From contig JAIORP010000206.1 in NCBI GenBank assembly GCA_021108075.1, positions 831-64,830 on the forward strand: a stretch of DNA of 64,000 nucleotides, read 5' to 3'. The position numbers and the translations under genes were made by a program. The notes beneath the pieces are model-generated. The model did no database searches. It saw only the letters and a list, made by a program, of their open reading frames with translations, and was not told the DNA's origin. The DNA comes from Candidatus Omnitrophota bacterium (GTDB lineage Bacteria > Omnitrophota > Gorgyraeia > Zapsychrales > Zapsychraceae). Shown here in pieces: positions 1 to 13,400 of the stretch; the stretch's first letter is position 1; each line of letters starts with the position of its first letter.

Positions 1-1400
1 GCCTTACCCTTGAGCAGGCGAACAACACTCAGCACACCTTCGGTTAATTTCAGACGGTCATTGTGCATAAACAGGCGTTGGTATTTTCTTGAATAGCCCG
101 TATGATCCCAGTAATCTTTCGGATACGTTCTTAAGGCGGCTGGAACAGATGTGTGGGTCGCGAAAACCAGACGTGTGCCTTCAAAGTAAGGATTTTCTAA
201 CACGGCCGGTGCGGTTAATGATGTGGCGGCTTCGTTTAAGTGCAAGACATCCGGTTTAATGTTCAAGCCCTTCATCACAGCGGCGGTGCCTTTACCCAAT
301 AACAATTCTTGCAGGAAGCGGTCCCATTCACCGGTTTCGGCATAAATTTCATCGGTAATGATTTCATTCACGTCTTCGATATAAATGACGGTTGCCCGGC
401 CGCCCTGACCAGAATCAAACACCTGGCGCCATGCCTGCACCTGCATCATCATCATGCGGCGGCTTGGGCCGACAGGCATTAAGATGTTAAACATCCGGGC
501 TTCACCTGTCTCGTCATCAACAATCAATTCAATGTTCTCGACATTGTTTTGGTAATCAGCGACATACCGCTCTCTTCGATATTGTCCGTCTTCACCTTTA
601 ACCGGTTTGCGTCCGTGGCGATATTTCAGCGTGAAGAACAGCATGTCCGCGCCTGGCAGGTCAGTCGCGCCGTAAACCGTGTCAGCCGCCAGCTTCCCTA
701 ATCCTCCGGCGAAAACGGAACCGGGGATCGCGATCTCACTGCTGACATAGGTCACGACCTTTCCGGCCATTTGATGAACGACTCTGCTGACCCAGCTGCG
801 GGCTTTAACCGGCATACGTGGTAATACCGCACCGACCTTGACGGTCTTCACTCCGGTCCTTCGGCGTAATTTCAAGTCTTCTACTAAGGCTTTAAAGACC
901 ATTTTAAATTTCTCGTAACTGACTGGTGTTTCTCCTTCAAATCGTGGTTGAATTTGATTAAACCATGATCTTAATTCCTCAACATGCGGGTAAGGTTTCA
1001 AAATCGTATTAACATAAGCGATGAAATCACCAATATGATGTCTGATAGATTCATCCATATCATCCTGCGTCTGATCATAGAAATATTTCAGGCCGGCTGC
1101 CTTGGCGTTCACGCGGTCATATTCATGGCCATCTTGATCAAGCAAGGCAAAACTGAACGGACCAACACTGTCTGTCGTGTAGAGCAAACTGAAAACCTGC
1201 TGGTCGCTTAAACCAGCAGCAAATATTTTCGCCTTTTCTTTACCCTTTCTGACGTCCTCGACCAACTCACTAAGCGACAGTGAATAGTCCCGACCGAACC
1301 GCGTTGCCTGTTGCTGTTGCGCTTCATCCAATGCATCTATCGGTGTCGCCTTAAAGGACGTGCCTGATAAGATGGAAGATTTAAAGGTCACATCGGCTAG
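1..1400 (-). other. GT35 alpha-glucan (glycogen/maltodextrin) phosphorylase-like domain; N-terminal part, continues beyond the window start.
   Basis: Translated at + ~590-725: EIAIPGSVFAGGLGKLAADTVYGATDLPGADMLFFTLKYRHG, the GGLG(R/V)LA(A/G)(C/D) ... DLG(L)P ... YRxGYF signature of GT35 phosphorylases. Translated at + ~135-257: KPDVLHLNEAATSLTAPAVLE and LVFATHTSVPAALRTYP, cf. (I/Q)HLN(E/D)(G/T)H and T(N/T)HT(P/V)(V/L)P(A/E) of the family. Confidence 0.6.
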
Positions 1401-4400
1401 CATATCAACATCATTATTTGTTCGGCTGAGGAAACGGTATTCCATCAAACGGTTTTCATCATGGCTTTGATTATTGATTTCATGGATAAAGATACGCGTG
1501 AAGCGTAACATTTGTTCGAAATCGGAAAGTTCCTGGACCCGGTTTAAGAAGGCGCGTTCCATATAGACGATGCGTTCTTGATCTGATTCCAGGTAGGTCG
1601 CCCCGAAAGTAATTCGGTCTGCTTCAATAACAAGTACTTTCACAGGAGGGCCACGTGTCAAATTGTCGCGATAAACGGATAAAAATTTAATGGCCCATCC
1701 CAGGTGATCTTTCATGCGTTCTGTTTCGTCATTGACTTTCAGACGACCATCATGAACAGCCGATAAATATTGCTTTAACTGCGCCTCTTCTTTGACTTCA
1801 TCTTCGCCGAGATAACCGGTATCGTTACGGCCCTTGTCGTCATCCTTCCTGTTCCGCTCCTGCCGTTTCTGTTTCCAAATCTGGACCAATGCGAATGTGG
1901 TCATATTTTCGATCACGCGTAAAATTGGGAAGGCCAATTCACCTTCTCTGTCTCTTTTATGATAGAAGGATTCATCATCCGTCGGACCTTTTTGTTTCTC
2001 AATAATCTCTTTAATGGCCAGGCGGATTAAGACATACGTAACATATCCGGCCCTTGATGGATTTTGCTTAACATAAATTGTGACATTGCTGTTAACAGCC
2101 GTATTGATTTCCTCAAATCTTTGACTGGATTTTAATATCTCTAACCCGGCTAATTTCCTGATCTTAGCCTTAGACGTGCGCTTTAATGTCCCTGTGATTT
2201 GATACGTATCGTCCTGGCCTTCTACGTTTCTGATCATATCTAAAATTATCAAGGCCCGGAGCGTCGCAGCTTCAAAACGGCCAGCCGCCATAACTTCCAC
2301 GCTTAATGTTTCTTGTTCAGCTTTTAATGTCTTAAGAACATCCGCAATGGAACCGCTCAGATCAATTTGAACGACTGGCTCGTCCTCTTCAACTATCGGT
2401 GTTTCCTCAACTACAACTTCCGGGTCAGCCGCGCTTTCTTCTGATTCTTCCTGTTTATCATCTTCCGTTTTTGTTTCTTCTATTTGCGGATTCAAGAAAC
2501 TTTGTGTTAAGCAATACCATGCCCAGCCAGCCTCTTCAACCTGCGAATCTAATTCCAGGACTTTCAAGCGGACCAATTCAGCCAATGTGTCCTTATCAAA
2601 AAACATGCCGTCGATGACGCTGCTCTCAAAAAGATCCAGTCTGGACCGCAGTTCCGCCATGACCTCCTGGACAGAACCGCTTAAACGAATGTCGCGTCTG
2701 GTCGCGCCAAAGATCATTTCGATCTCGCTGCCGTTTTTCAATGTGATTCTGTGGCTGTAGAAAAATTTTCTTGTATCTTTAATCGCAGCGCCACCTCTAT
2801 CACTCAATCCTTTAATCAAGTGGCTGACCAATTCATGATAAAGGATCTGCACCTGCGTGTCCGCTCTCAGGGCGAAGAAATAGGTATGCAGCACAACACG
2901 CTTTTGTGTTCCAGCGATCTGATAAGAAGCGACCTGACCGTCTGTTTCACGCTCATCCGTGGTAATGATGAACACAACGTTGTTCAATAATCGATTCAAT
3001 TGTTCGGCCAATGCCTGACCGTAAAGATCACCTAGCTTGACCTCATAGAACGGTGGTCCGCGTCGCTGTATTTCTTCGAACAAGTCTTTCAATCTTAATA
3101 AAAAGATGCTGTCTTGTTCTTTAGCCAAAGCATCCCCGCCCACAGAAGCTATGGTCTGATCTTGAAGGGTAAAGACGGTTCTTTGCGGTGTCTCAATGTT
3201 TTCATGGAAGGCCTGCGGAATAGCCAATGGATAATTCTTCGAATCTTTTTGTTGTTCATCCAACGCTGAGTATTCACCTTCTTGCGCGGTTACACCCAAT
3301 TGAGCGAGATATATCTCATCATTGACCGTCTCAGCTGTTACCCGATCAACCCTATCCTCAATGTTAAAGGCATTAAGAACCAAGCGGGCATATTCTTTTT
3401 TCTGTTCAAGCGAGGCAGTGGCCAGCAGCATTTGTTTAAAGATATCTCGTGCTTGTTGAAGGATTTCTTTTGGACCGACTTTCCCGTGATGGGTCTCTAA
3501 CCATGACATCCATTGTGCCTTCGCGAACAAAAGATTTGTCGCATGCCTTCTATTTTCATCCCAAATTCGAGCCTGCGCTAAAACGGATTCAAGCGAATAT
3601 GTTCCCGGGTCTTCTCCCCTCGGCCTGACGGCATTTCCGAGATAGTTCAGGAATGCGTCGGTTGGTTGAATGTATCCTCTGGCCAATAAATCATCAATGA
3701 GCCGAGGATCAAAGCCGCGCCTGTCAATAGACAGCACGCCAGCGTCTTCAACAGCAAAAAATTGCCTGATCGTTGGATCAATGAGATAAACACGTTGACT
3801 GCCTGTCAGGCGGATCATTAAGAAACTATGAGGGTATGATCTGAAAGAATAGATATCCTGCGTATAGACGTCAAAAATTTCAATGCGGCCTTTTGTTATT
3901 TTGTAAATGTTCGCGCGGATCTGATCTTTAGCGCCGCCACAGCATCCGGAAAGCTGTGCACCGGAGAAATACAGCCGTTGCTCCTGATATTGATGGTCTG
4001 TATTAAACTCTTCGGCCGTTGAACGTGCATACTGGAGGTGTTCCTCTTGCCATTGGGCGATGGCCTGTTGAATGACAATTTCGAGGTCTCGTTCTGTTAC
4101 CGGTTCTCCCCTTAAGAAGCGGCCTCGCGCGCCTTCGAATTTGTCTTGATCCGGTTGAACAAATTGAGGCATCGGTCCTTCTTTTTGCATATCAGCTAAT
4201 AACTGCGTTTCCTTCCGTGAGAGCGTTTCTGTTTCCATACTTTCGGCCTCCGCGAAAGCGTATGCTTCAGGAACGGCCTGTCTGTTTTGCGGCTTTGCTC
4301 CCCAAATCCCTCGGATAGCTTCCTTTTCCGGAACACGTAAGCGCCGGAAGTACCCAGAAGGCATCTCCATAAACATGTCAAACCAATAAATAGCGATTGA

Positions 4401-7400
4401 ATAGTCCTGAGGTCTTTGAATGTGCAGCCGTTCTAAGAGCATGGCGCTACCATGGTCAATCAGGTATAACCGGCCGGTTCGAACATCCACGCCCCAATTA
4501 TGCGCCCGAGATAAATCTCTGTAGTAAATGCCTCTGGATATTAATTCAAGGATGATATCGTGCGCCTGGGCGTCCGTAAAGACTTCACCGTATCCGGGAA
4601 CCACTAACCTGTTTGGTAAATCCGTGTATTCATTTTTGACATACACTTTAGGACGGACAACAATGAACGCTTGATTCTGAACGTTTCCATCGACGCGCAC
4701 ATCGATGTCGAATAACACACTAAACGGCAATAGAATTCCGCCCATGGTTTGTTTAATAAAATTCAGCTCTTTAATATATTTGTCTTTCTCATCCACGTAT
4801 TTCGCCCTGAGCAGGCCGATCTCATATGGGACGCTTTGATCTCGGGCCGCATAATATGTGAAGCTGCCGCCTTGACGGCCGATCTGCTCCCAATCATCCC
4901 TCGCCATAACAAAATCTTTTAAGCTCATTAAACCGTCTTTATCTGTTTTCAATGCGGAGGCAATGTCCATTATGCCTGTTCTCAGATAAGCCAGTAACCG
5001 GCTATCCGGCATCGACCCGTCCGCTGCAGGGATGCTTTCTAAATATTGCTGTTCCATCCGGCGGTTTTCTTGATGTGAACGATTGTTCAGCTCATGAATA
5101 AAGATGCGGATATAAAGCCGTTCTTGTTCTTTGGCGTCTAAAGATTGAACGCGCGTCAGGAATCCTTCTTCGATGTAGATGATGCGTTGCCGTGCTGTTT
5201 CAAAATATGTCGCGCCGAACGTGACCGTATCGGTTTTAATAACCTGGACCTGGACCGGCGGGGCGCGTGTCATTTGAGGTTGACGCGCTGATAAAAATTT
5301 CTCAGCCACAGAAAGGTACCGAATATATTCTTCCGTTTCATCGGCAATAACGATCCGGCCCACAGCAGCTTCAACTTTATATCGACGCAATTGTTCTTTT
5401 TCTGCCGCAGGGTTCTCTTCTAAATATCCGCCATCACCTTTCACATCACAGGCAGCGCCATCGACAGCTTGAATGCGGTTCAGTTCGGCAACCATATCTT
5501 TGGCCCAGGAATAGACGTAAACATCTAACGTCGGTAGTTGTGGATTATCAGCTAACCCGAGGTTAAGGGCCTGACTATCGATCAGGATATGAATGTTGAC
5601 CTTGAAGTGTTCCGCCAGAGCTTTCATCTCTCCCTTGAACGCCGGGCTCGATAATGTTGCGAGTTTAGCAAAAACGGTGAGTTGATGACCTTTTTCTTTT
5701 TCCTGCTCTTCATGTTTAAAAATCCATTCTAATGGGAGATACATCGCAGCCCATTGATAATCCGGCGATTCACTTAAAGCCTGCATGCTGAACTCGATCT
5801 TACGTTTGATACACCAATCCAAATGACCACCAGTAACAATGAGACGTCGGCCTCTGGCCAGGTCAACCTTCCAGGTCTTGGAACGGTTGATGGTAATACC
5901 GCTGACTTGTTTCTTAAGATGTTTGTACATGTCTTTGAGCGGAACAATACTGAAGAATTGAACCACAGGTATTTCTTGTTCCACCGCTTTAGTTTGCAGA
6001 GCGGCGATTTGTGCCTTAAGGTTTTCCGCGATTTCTTCAAAATATTCCATCAGATCCATCGCATCCGCGCGTTTATCTTTGTATGTAATGTACTCTTCAA
6101 AGTCCGGCATTCTGTTTTCAAGTTTGGCGCGCAAATCAGCGTTTAAGAAATCCGTCATGTAGAAAATCTTTTGGTCGAGCATTTCCATCATACGCTTTTC
6201 ATTGCCGAATTGATTTCTTAACGCCTTGGCTTGCGTCTCGGTCGCGATCAGGATAATATCCGCCTGCTCGATCATGGACACATAAACCGGTTTCATGTAA
6301 TGCACCCTGAAGTAAAAACTGCGTAAGCGGTTAACCAGCATCGGATCATCCGCTGTTTTAATAAATCTCAGCACCTCTCGAACATCTTCATCCCATCGGT
6401 CCCTTGCGTCCAGGAACTTCGCTTTGCGCAGTGTCGAGCTGGTACCCGCGGATACCGCTGCCACATCATCCAGATCGCCTTTCAAGACCATCTCAAGCAT
6501 TGGGCTGCGGTTGCGGTTGGCATTGCATAAGCAAAGAATATTCTCAACTTTGCTGATACCTCTCTTTCGAAGCTTTGATTCTTTATTATTCGGCGAAGAC
6601 ATAACCATACCGACGATGGACATACCCGCTAAGGCCATCCAATGATACAGATCTAGGCTGTCTGGAGTGACCGTTTCCAATCCGGTTGCCGCATAGAGCG
6701 TTGTCGGCATCAATAAGATCATAACGACGAAGACCTTCTTCAGCGCGGAACAGACAGCGTTCATCACTTTCAGGAGCTTATTACGCGTTGAAACATCTCT
6801 GGAAACCTCTTTGTCCTGAACATTTCCGATGATTGTTTGCGCTTGCTCGAATGCGTTCATTTCTTCACTGATGTCGACGTCATCGGTCCATCCTGTTAAG
6901 GCACGTATTTCTCCATCCACAAATTGTATCATTCGCGCGTAAAAATCGATCCAGTACTGTCGGTTCGCCTCTAACAGTTCTGGAACATCCTGTCTCATGA
7001 ATAAATTCCGTTTTCTCGTCTCAAGTTTCCTTAACTTTAACATTAATGCTTCCAGCTGTTCTGCCTTTTCGTCCGCATGCGTTTGAAGCAATTCTGACAT
7101 CTGCCTTTCATCCCAATCTGTTTTATTCAAGATGCGTTCAACGATTTTTTCTGTTAAAGTGTGTACTTTGTTATACCGATCTGATTCCCGTAAGACATAC
7201 TCGATCAACTCATGCAATAATATGTCTTCAACGGATTTCTTATTGATCCAGGACCATTCAATGTACAGGACATAAATATCATTTTCTTTAAGGAGGATCG
7301 CTCCAAAAAGCGGTCGGGTCGAATGGGTGTTGACCATGTGCACGGCATCAATAAAACGGTTATTACTCATCGGCGGGCCTGTCTCCAATCCTTGCTTAGC

Positions 7401-10400
7401 GAATAACTTTGATGCTTCTCCATGGACAAATGGTTGCGCGGCGCTTAACTCGCCCGCGTATGCCGGCAGACTTCTCTCGATAGCGTGAACCCAACCAAAT
7501 TCTTTGGATACTTTGATTATGTTTTGAATTTCGGCTAATGTCCGTTGCCCTGTTCCTCCCAGCGGCTGTTGATCTTTACTGCCTGCGGTTGTTTGTCTGT
7601 CCGTTCCAGAATTATTCTCAGGATCAACCGTATCTTCTTTATTTCTTCTTGGTCTCAGCAATCTTTTTTGCAACTGCAGTTCCACGGCCTTGCTGATGAC
7701 CCTTAATGTTCGCTCTTTATCGGGACGGCCGGTGCTTTGTGCTATTTCAATAAGCTCCGGCAAGGACTCAGACATCTCAAGCAGAGATTTATGTCCATAC
7801 CATTCCATAAAATTTTCACCATCAGATAAATATCTCAAGAACGCGACCTGCTCTTCACTTAATCCTTCGGTATCAGTCAATGTCAGGTCGCTAATATCAA
7901 CGACTTGCTGCTGAGTCTGACCCTTTGCCATATCCGATTCTAAGAAGCCCCATTGTCTTAACCCGGTCACCTTACCATTTTCATCCCGCTTGAAGAATGA
8001 CACATAAGCGCCCCTATCGCTATAACCTTCTGCTAATTCATAGTCGACATTCATCAATCCGCTTCCGGTTTCCGGTGATAACACAATCCAGGGTAATGCT
8101 GTTTGAGGATCATTGAATTTCTTTCTTTCGTTATGCCCGATGATCATCATAAATGATGCCTGTCTGTTCGAGAATTGGCTTGCCCGGGCACCGATCAGGC
8201 CATTATTAAATCCTCGCGGTCCTCCGTTCTCCATAAATTTAATGACGGAAACCGGCTTAATATGCGCATCGATATCCGAAAACCATTCCATGACGATGGT
8301 GAACGCCTCGCCCAACTCTTCCCACATCTTGTTTCTAAAACTTTCAGAATTCGGCAATGTCTCCATGCCTTCGAAATAACTACGGATATCTTCTTGGATC
8401 ACCTCATACGCCTCGATACCGTGATGCCCCTTGTAATGAACATTTAATGTCCGTGTTTTAAAATCGATCGGTGGAAGCGCGTGTATGTTTAAGTTTCCGA
8501 TAATATCAATGTAGAATATTCTGAAATTCTGCAATTCCCAAAGGGTGCGTTCTTTCACTTCCGGATTATCCATATAATTATCCAATGTGACTTCTTCAAA
8601 ACTTATCGGTTCAATGTCAAGTTCACGCTCAGCATTGATTTCCATAATCCGACGGTTATACGCATTTCTCTTCTCTCTAATGTATTCCAGGGTTTGACTG
8701 AAAATATCCGGAAGCGGCAATTCGACCTGCCGTGTATAACCGGCATCCTCTTTATTGAGTTCGTTCTCCTGGCGAATCTTCGCATTGATTTTCTTAATCC
8801 GCTTCATCTCAGGTTCAATGCTGACACGGTAAGCCGTGATATCAATCAGCTCTAATTCTTCAAGGCCGTGTTGTCTGAAAATAATATTCGCTCTATGAAT
8901 TTCGGCATTTAAATAATGTTCATTAACGCGGTCAAATTCAATGGTTGTCCAGCCGGCATGCTCAATAGCATCCTTTGCAAAATATCCGACACCATGTTTC
9001 GCTTTCATATTAACACCTTTAATAAACTGAACACCTAACACGCCGAGCGCTCTTGCGATGTCATGGTTACCGGCAAATACTTTTGCTTTACCTGTATCAC
9101 GCAACCATTTAACGAGATTGAAAAGTCCCCGAGGATCATTGCCCCGGTCATATTTATCGTTTAATCCAACAAACCTGATATCTTTTGAATGGATATCGAT
9201 ACCCGCCAGATCCAATGCCATCTTTAAATCATCCAGCGTATGTATTCTTCTGTAGATGTCCGGACCCAGTCCGAGTGAATGACCGATTAACGCGGCCGCG
9301 CGCCTGAATCCGCCGTGAAGGTCCTGCAATGTCACAATTTGAGGTATCTCTCCGGATCCGGGCTCTCGCAGTTCCTTATCCATTTCTTCTCTTAACCACA
9401 TTAATTCAATCAAACGTTGTTCGCCCTTATTAATAAAATCAAACAGCATAACATTCACGGCCAACCGCAATAAGCGGTTATCCAGCATGGAATAGTTTGT
9501 TTCATGAAGGGAAAGATTATTCGCTAAAACATGATACGCTTGCGGGGAGATAAAGCTAACCGTACTGTTCGGATCTATTCGGGCGGGATTATCTTCTGCT
9601 ATTAAGGATAGCCATATGGCAACAATGCCGTTATAGACCATTGTAAATTTCTTTGCGTCAAAAAGTTTAAGGACGATAAACATTCTGTATTTTATCGGCA
9701 ACTCGTATAGCCTGTGTTCACTCATCAGCCTCTGGATGAACCGCTCTAAATCAAAAGTATTTTGATTGTTCATGGTGAGGCTGCCACGCTCATCTTTCCA
9801 GTCTTCAAGGACCTTAAGAGCGGTAAAATATCTTTGACGGTATTTTTTGTCATTTACAGCAGAAACTTTCTTCGCGAACCATTTTCTATAAGCCCGGATC
9901 AGCAGGATGCCCAGCGCGCCGGCCGCGAGAATAATCCCGAAGGCCGCTATATTTCCAACAGATACAACCCCGAAACCTGAAAGGTCTGCTTGCTGAACGC
10001 TAACAACTTCACTGGCATATTCGGTCGCGGCAAAAACCGTTTCGCCGAAAAATAGAATGGCGCCAGCTGTCAGCAACGCCATTTTTCGTTTCATATGCTT
10101 TAATGGTCGTCGGTTATTTTTATCGTTTTGATTTACCCAAAACTTGGAAATAATATCACTGACAGGCATCTCAAATCTAACAATATTTGTATCATCAATC
10201 CCGGAGTAGAAGACAACATTATCGCCTTCCAGTCTTACGCCTGTCGCATAATTAATACCTTTGACTTTCTCAAGTGCGCCTTCATGATTTATAAACTTTA
10301 ATTGTGTTGAATCATGAAGAATAACCGGTGTTCCTAGAGGGCTTAAATTATCTTTGCGCAGTAAGACGACTGCCGTGTGGTAATATTTCTCTTCCGGACC

Positions 10401-13400
10401 CATGATAATTGCCATGTGGCTGATCGCAATTTTAAAAATATCTTGAGGTCTTTCTATGATTGTGTTAAATCCGCTATGCGATTTTTTAACAAGCGATATA
10501 CGGGCTTCAACCCGACATGAAATCTTCACGAACTTCTTAATAAATGTGATCGCCCTTGATTGGATAGTTTCGACCATCTTCACAATAGCAGGATGACGAA
10601 TAATGATATGAACAAATGGCAATCTAATGACATCCTGGAAGGAGGACGTGACACGTATTTTCGTCGCATCTTTCACGCTATGTTCGCGCCAATATTCTTC
10701 AGGAGGATAAAGCACATTGTTCATATCATCAAATAGATATATCTGAACAGCTCTATGTCCATCAACAGGTTCTTCCGCGCGGTCAATCAATCCAATTCTT
10801 CCCTCAAGCAATTCTGTTAGATATGTATTCTTAGAGAATTTGTTGGGACGTGCAATCCTGATGTCTTTTGACTTTGGCCGGCCCATTTCATCTATGTAAG
10901 CGAACTCACTGTGCCATGCGCCATCAGCAACCTTCACATAAACAGCACCTAATTGACCGTTAATTTGTGTTATGCGAGGATCCTCCCCATTTTCAATAAG
11001 AAGTTCAGATAACTTGAATTTAATACCTTCTGTATCCTCTGTGTCACGGACTAAAAGAACGATATCGCTGTTGTGTTCCTTGAAAGGATTATCTTCTCTG
11101 GAAATCCTTCGGGCCATTAAGTTGCCGTTTGGTAATACGGCCGGATTCAGGTACCGATCGTTCTTATCACTATCATCAACATAGATCAATTTTCCTATCG
11201 GATAAGAGTCTTGATGTTTCAAAGCGACGATTCTATTCTTGATCCATTTGAATAACAAGGAAACAACCACAAAACCTATGACACCGAGGACAAGCCAACC
11301 CCCTCCGCTGAAAACTGCTACGCCTGTGACATCAAATCCAAAAATAATATAATCAACAAGTGATCCTCCGAAGACCGTCCAGACAACGAACAGACCGGCA
11401 ACAGCGGATGATCGTAACTCTATCGAGGGGGATTTAGAAGCTTTCTTTTGGACAGGATCTGCTGATTTGTCTGTTAACAGCGGTTGCTGATCAACGTGTT
11501 CTTGAAGCGCCTTCCATGAAATCCATCTACCCAGCCTGGTCAACGCGGCAAAAGACTGCGCGTTCATTGTAAGAAATCGGAACGAGTCATGGAAACCATC
11601 TCGTCCAACACCACCGACAGAGAAAAGAAATCGATTTGGCATGATGACCGCGACGCCTTCTGTATCGAAAAGATCTTCCGGACGATAAACACCGACCGCC
11701 TGAATGCCTTCTTCTAATAGATAGTTGAAGATACTGTGCGCCTGGGAAGGACTAACGTGGCTTCCAGACAATAGCGCGACAGAAATGTTTTCAAATCCTA
11801 ATGTTCTTAATCCTGAGACAATATTAACCACTCCGGACGGCATGCGGGAATCAGCCTTATACATCATGCCAATATGAGATATGCCGGCAAATTCACCCTG
11901 CACAGGATGAACCGCTTGAATAATAACCGCGCCGCAGGTGTAACAGCCTTTGGTGAAAATCTTATAATCCTTATGCTGTGCGGAAACCAAAGACATCCTG
12001 TTCGGAGTGACCGTGATCGAGACAACCGCATCGGCATCAACAGGATTGATCTCCGCTCCTTGTTTGCCCAAATCGACATCGATTCTGAAGTTACCCTGCT
12101 TTTGTCCGGACTTGAATAATGCCACTGGATCTGTTTGCGCTTTTTTGGCGCTCCAGGTGATTGAAAACGGATCATGTTCTGCACGGACAACATCCTTTGT
12201 TAATTGATATCCGTTCGCTTTCACGAATGCTTGCTCATTTGCGATAAATAATTCAACCTCACCCGCCATGCGGTGATAACCGGATAACATAAGCTTGTTC
12301 ACGCCCGCCATTCCAGCAGTGAATTCAATCGCGTTATAGTTACTGACGTCATACGTACCGGTCCATGTTCCGATATTCACCAAAGCGATCATTTGCGCTC
12401 TACCGGCATTAATCGCGCTGGTGGTTGAGGCGATAAAATCTTCATCGGTCAGGCTGCCGTTAAAGACGCAATAATCCTGTCCTTCAATAAAACCATTTAA
12501 GCGCATATGCCCACGGGCCTTGAGGAGCTCCGACTGATAAAGTTCGATGAGATCAACATGCCCGGCGCCTAATTTGAAGGCCGCTAAGGAAAGGATGCCG
12601 TCACCGGCGCCCAGGTCAACGATATCCATGTCTTTTAGATTATCATTCATCATATGAATGATTAATGCGGTATTAAAAATTGAGTAACCGGTATAAGCAA
12701 TAGCTGAACGGTCGAGGTCGCGTAACAGGATCACATTTTCGCCCAGGGCTGCTTGAAGCGCAGAAGACAATAATTGATAATATCCCGCGTCGATCATAAA
12801 TAAATAACCGATGCGAATCACCATCATTTTCCGGCCGTAAGCGGTGTTCACAAAGCCCTCTTCACGTTGATAATTTAATTGATCGTTATAAACGTAGTTC
12901 GGCTGGGTTGCGAAGGCCTGACCCCAGGTATCAACCATATCCGTTGGAAGCTCTTTCAACATATCAGCGGCCCATTCTTCACTGCGTTGAACGGCTGGAC
13001 CATATGTTTGCTGATATGCGCTTGTTGGCATTAATGTTTCAGCATACGTGTTGAGCGCAAAGGCGAACAAAAGGCTGTATTCAAACGATGGATTCTTCTC
13101 GATCACATCCCGTTCTGGTAAACCAAGGTCGTAATATTTACCCGCTATTCCGTAACCAACTTGACCTTGCTCATAATCGGATTTGAGTTGCTCTAAATGT
13201 TCAGGATGTGTTTGCGCCATCATGTCGAGATGCTCTTTGGCGCGGGCACTTAAAATCTCATCAGCAAAAGCGGTTTCAACCAGTGTGGCCAACATGTGTC
13301 TGGATTTTGGCATGACTTCATAGCTGAAACGTAATACGTAGTTTCCGTATAACTCATGGACAATACCGGCGACATTTCCCTGGGTCGCGTAAACGATCAA

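Noticed and set aside
590-725. Apparent loss of the catalytic His/Lys in the GT35 G-D-H-L-K-like motif (AADTVY here), suggesting a pseudo-enzyme.
   Set aside because: Bacterial and eukaryotic glycogen phosphorylases have GGLGRLAAC at this position without His. The sequence is intermediate between subfamilies, so degeneration cannot be claimed without a full alignment. The PLP-binding Lys lies beyond the window.
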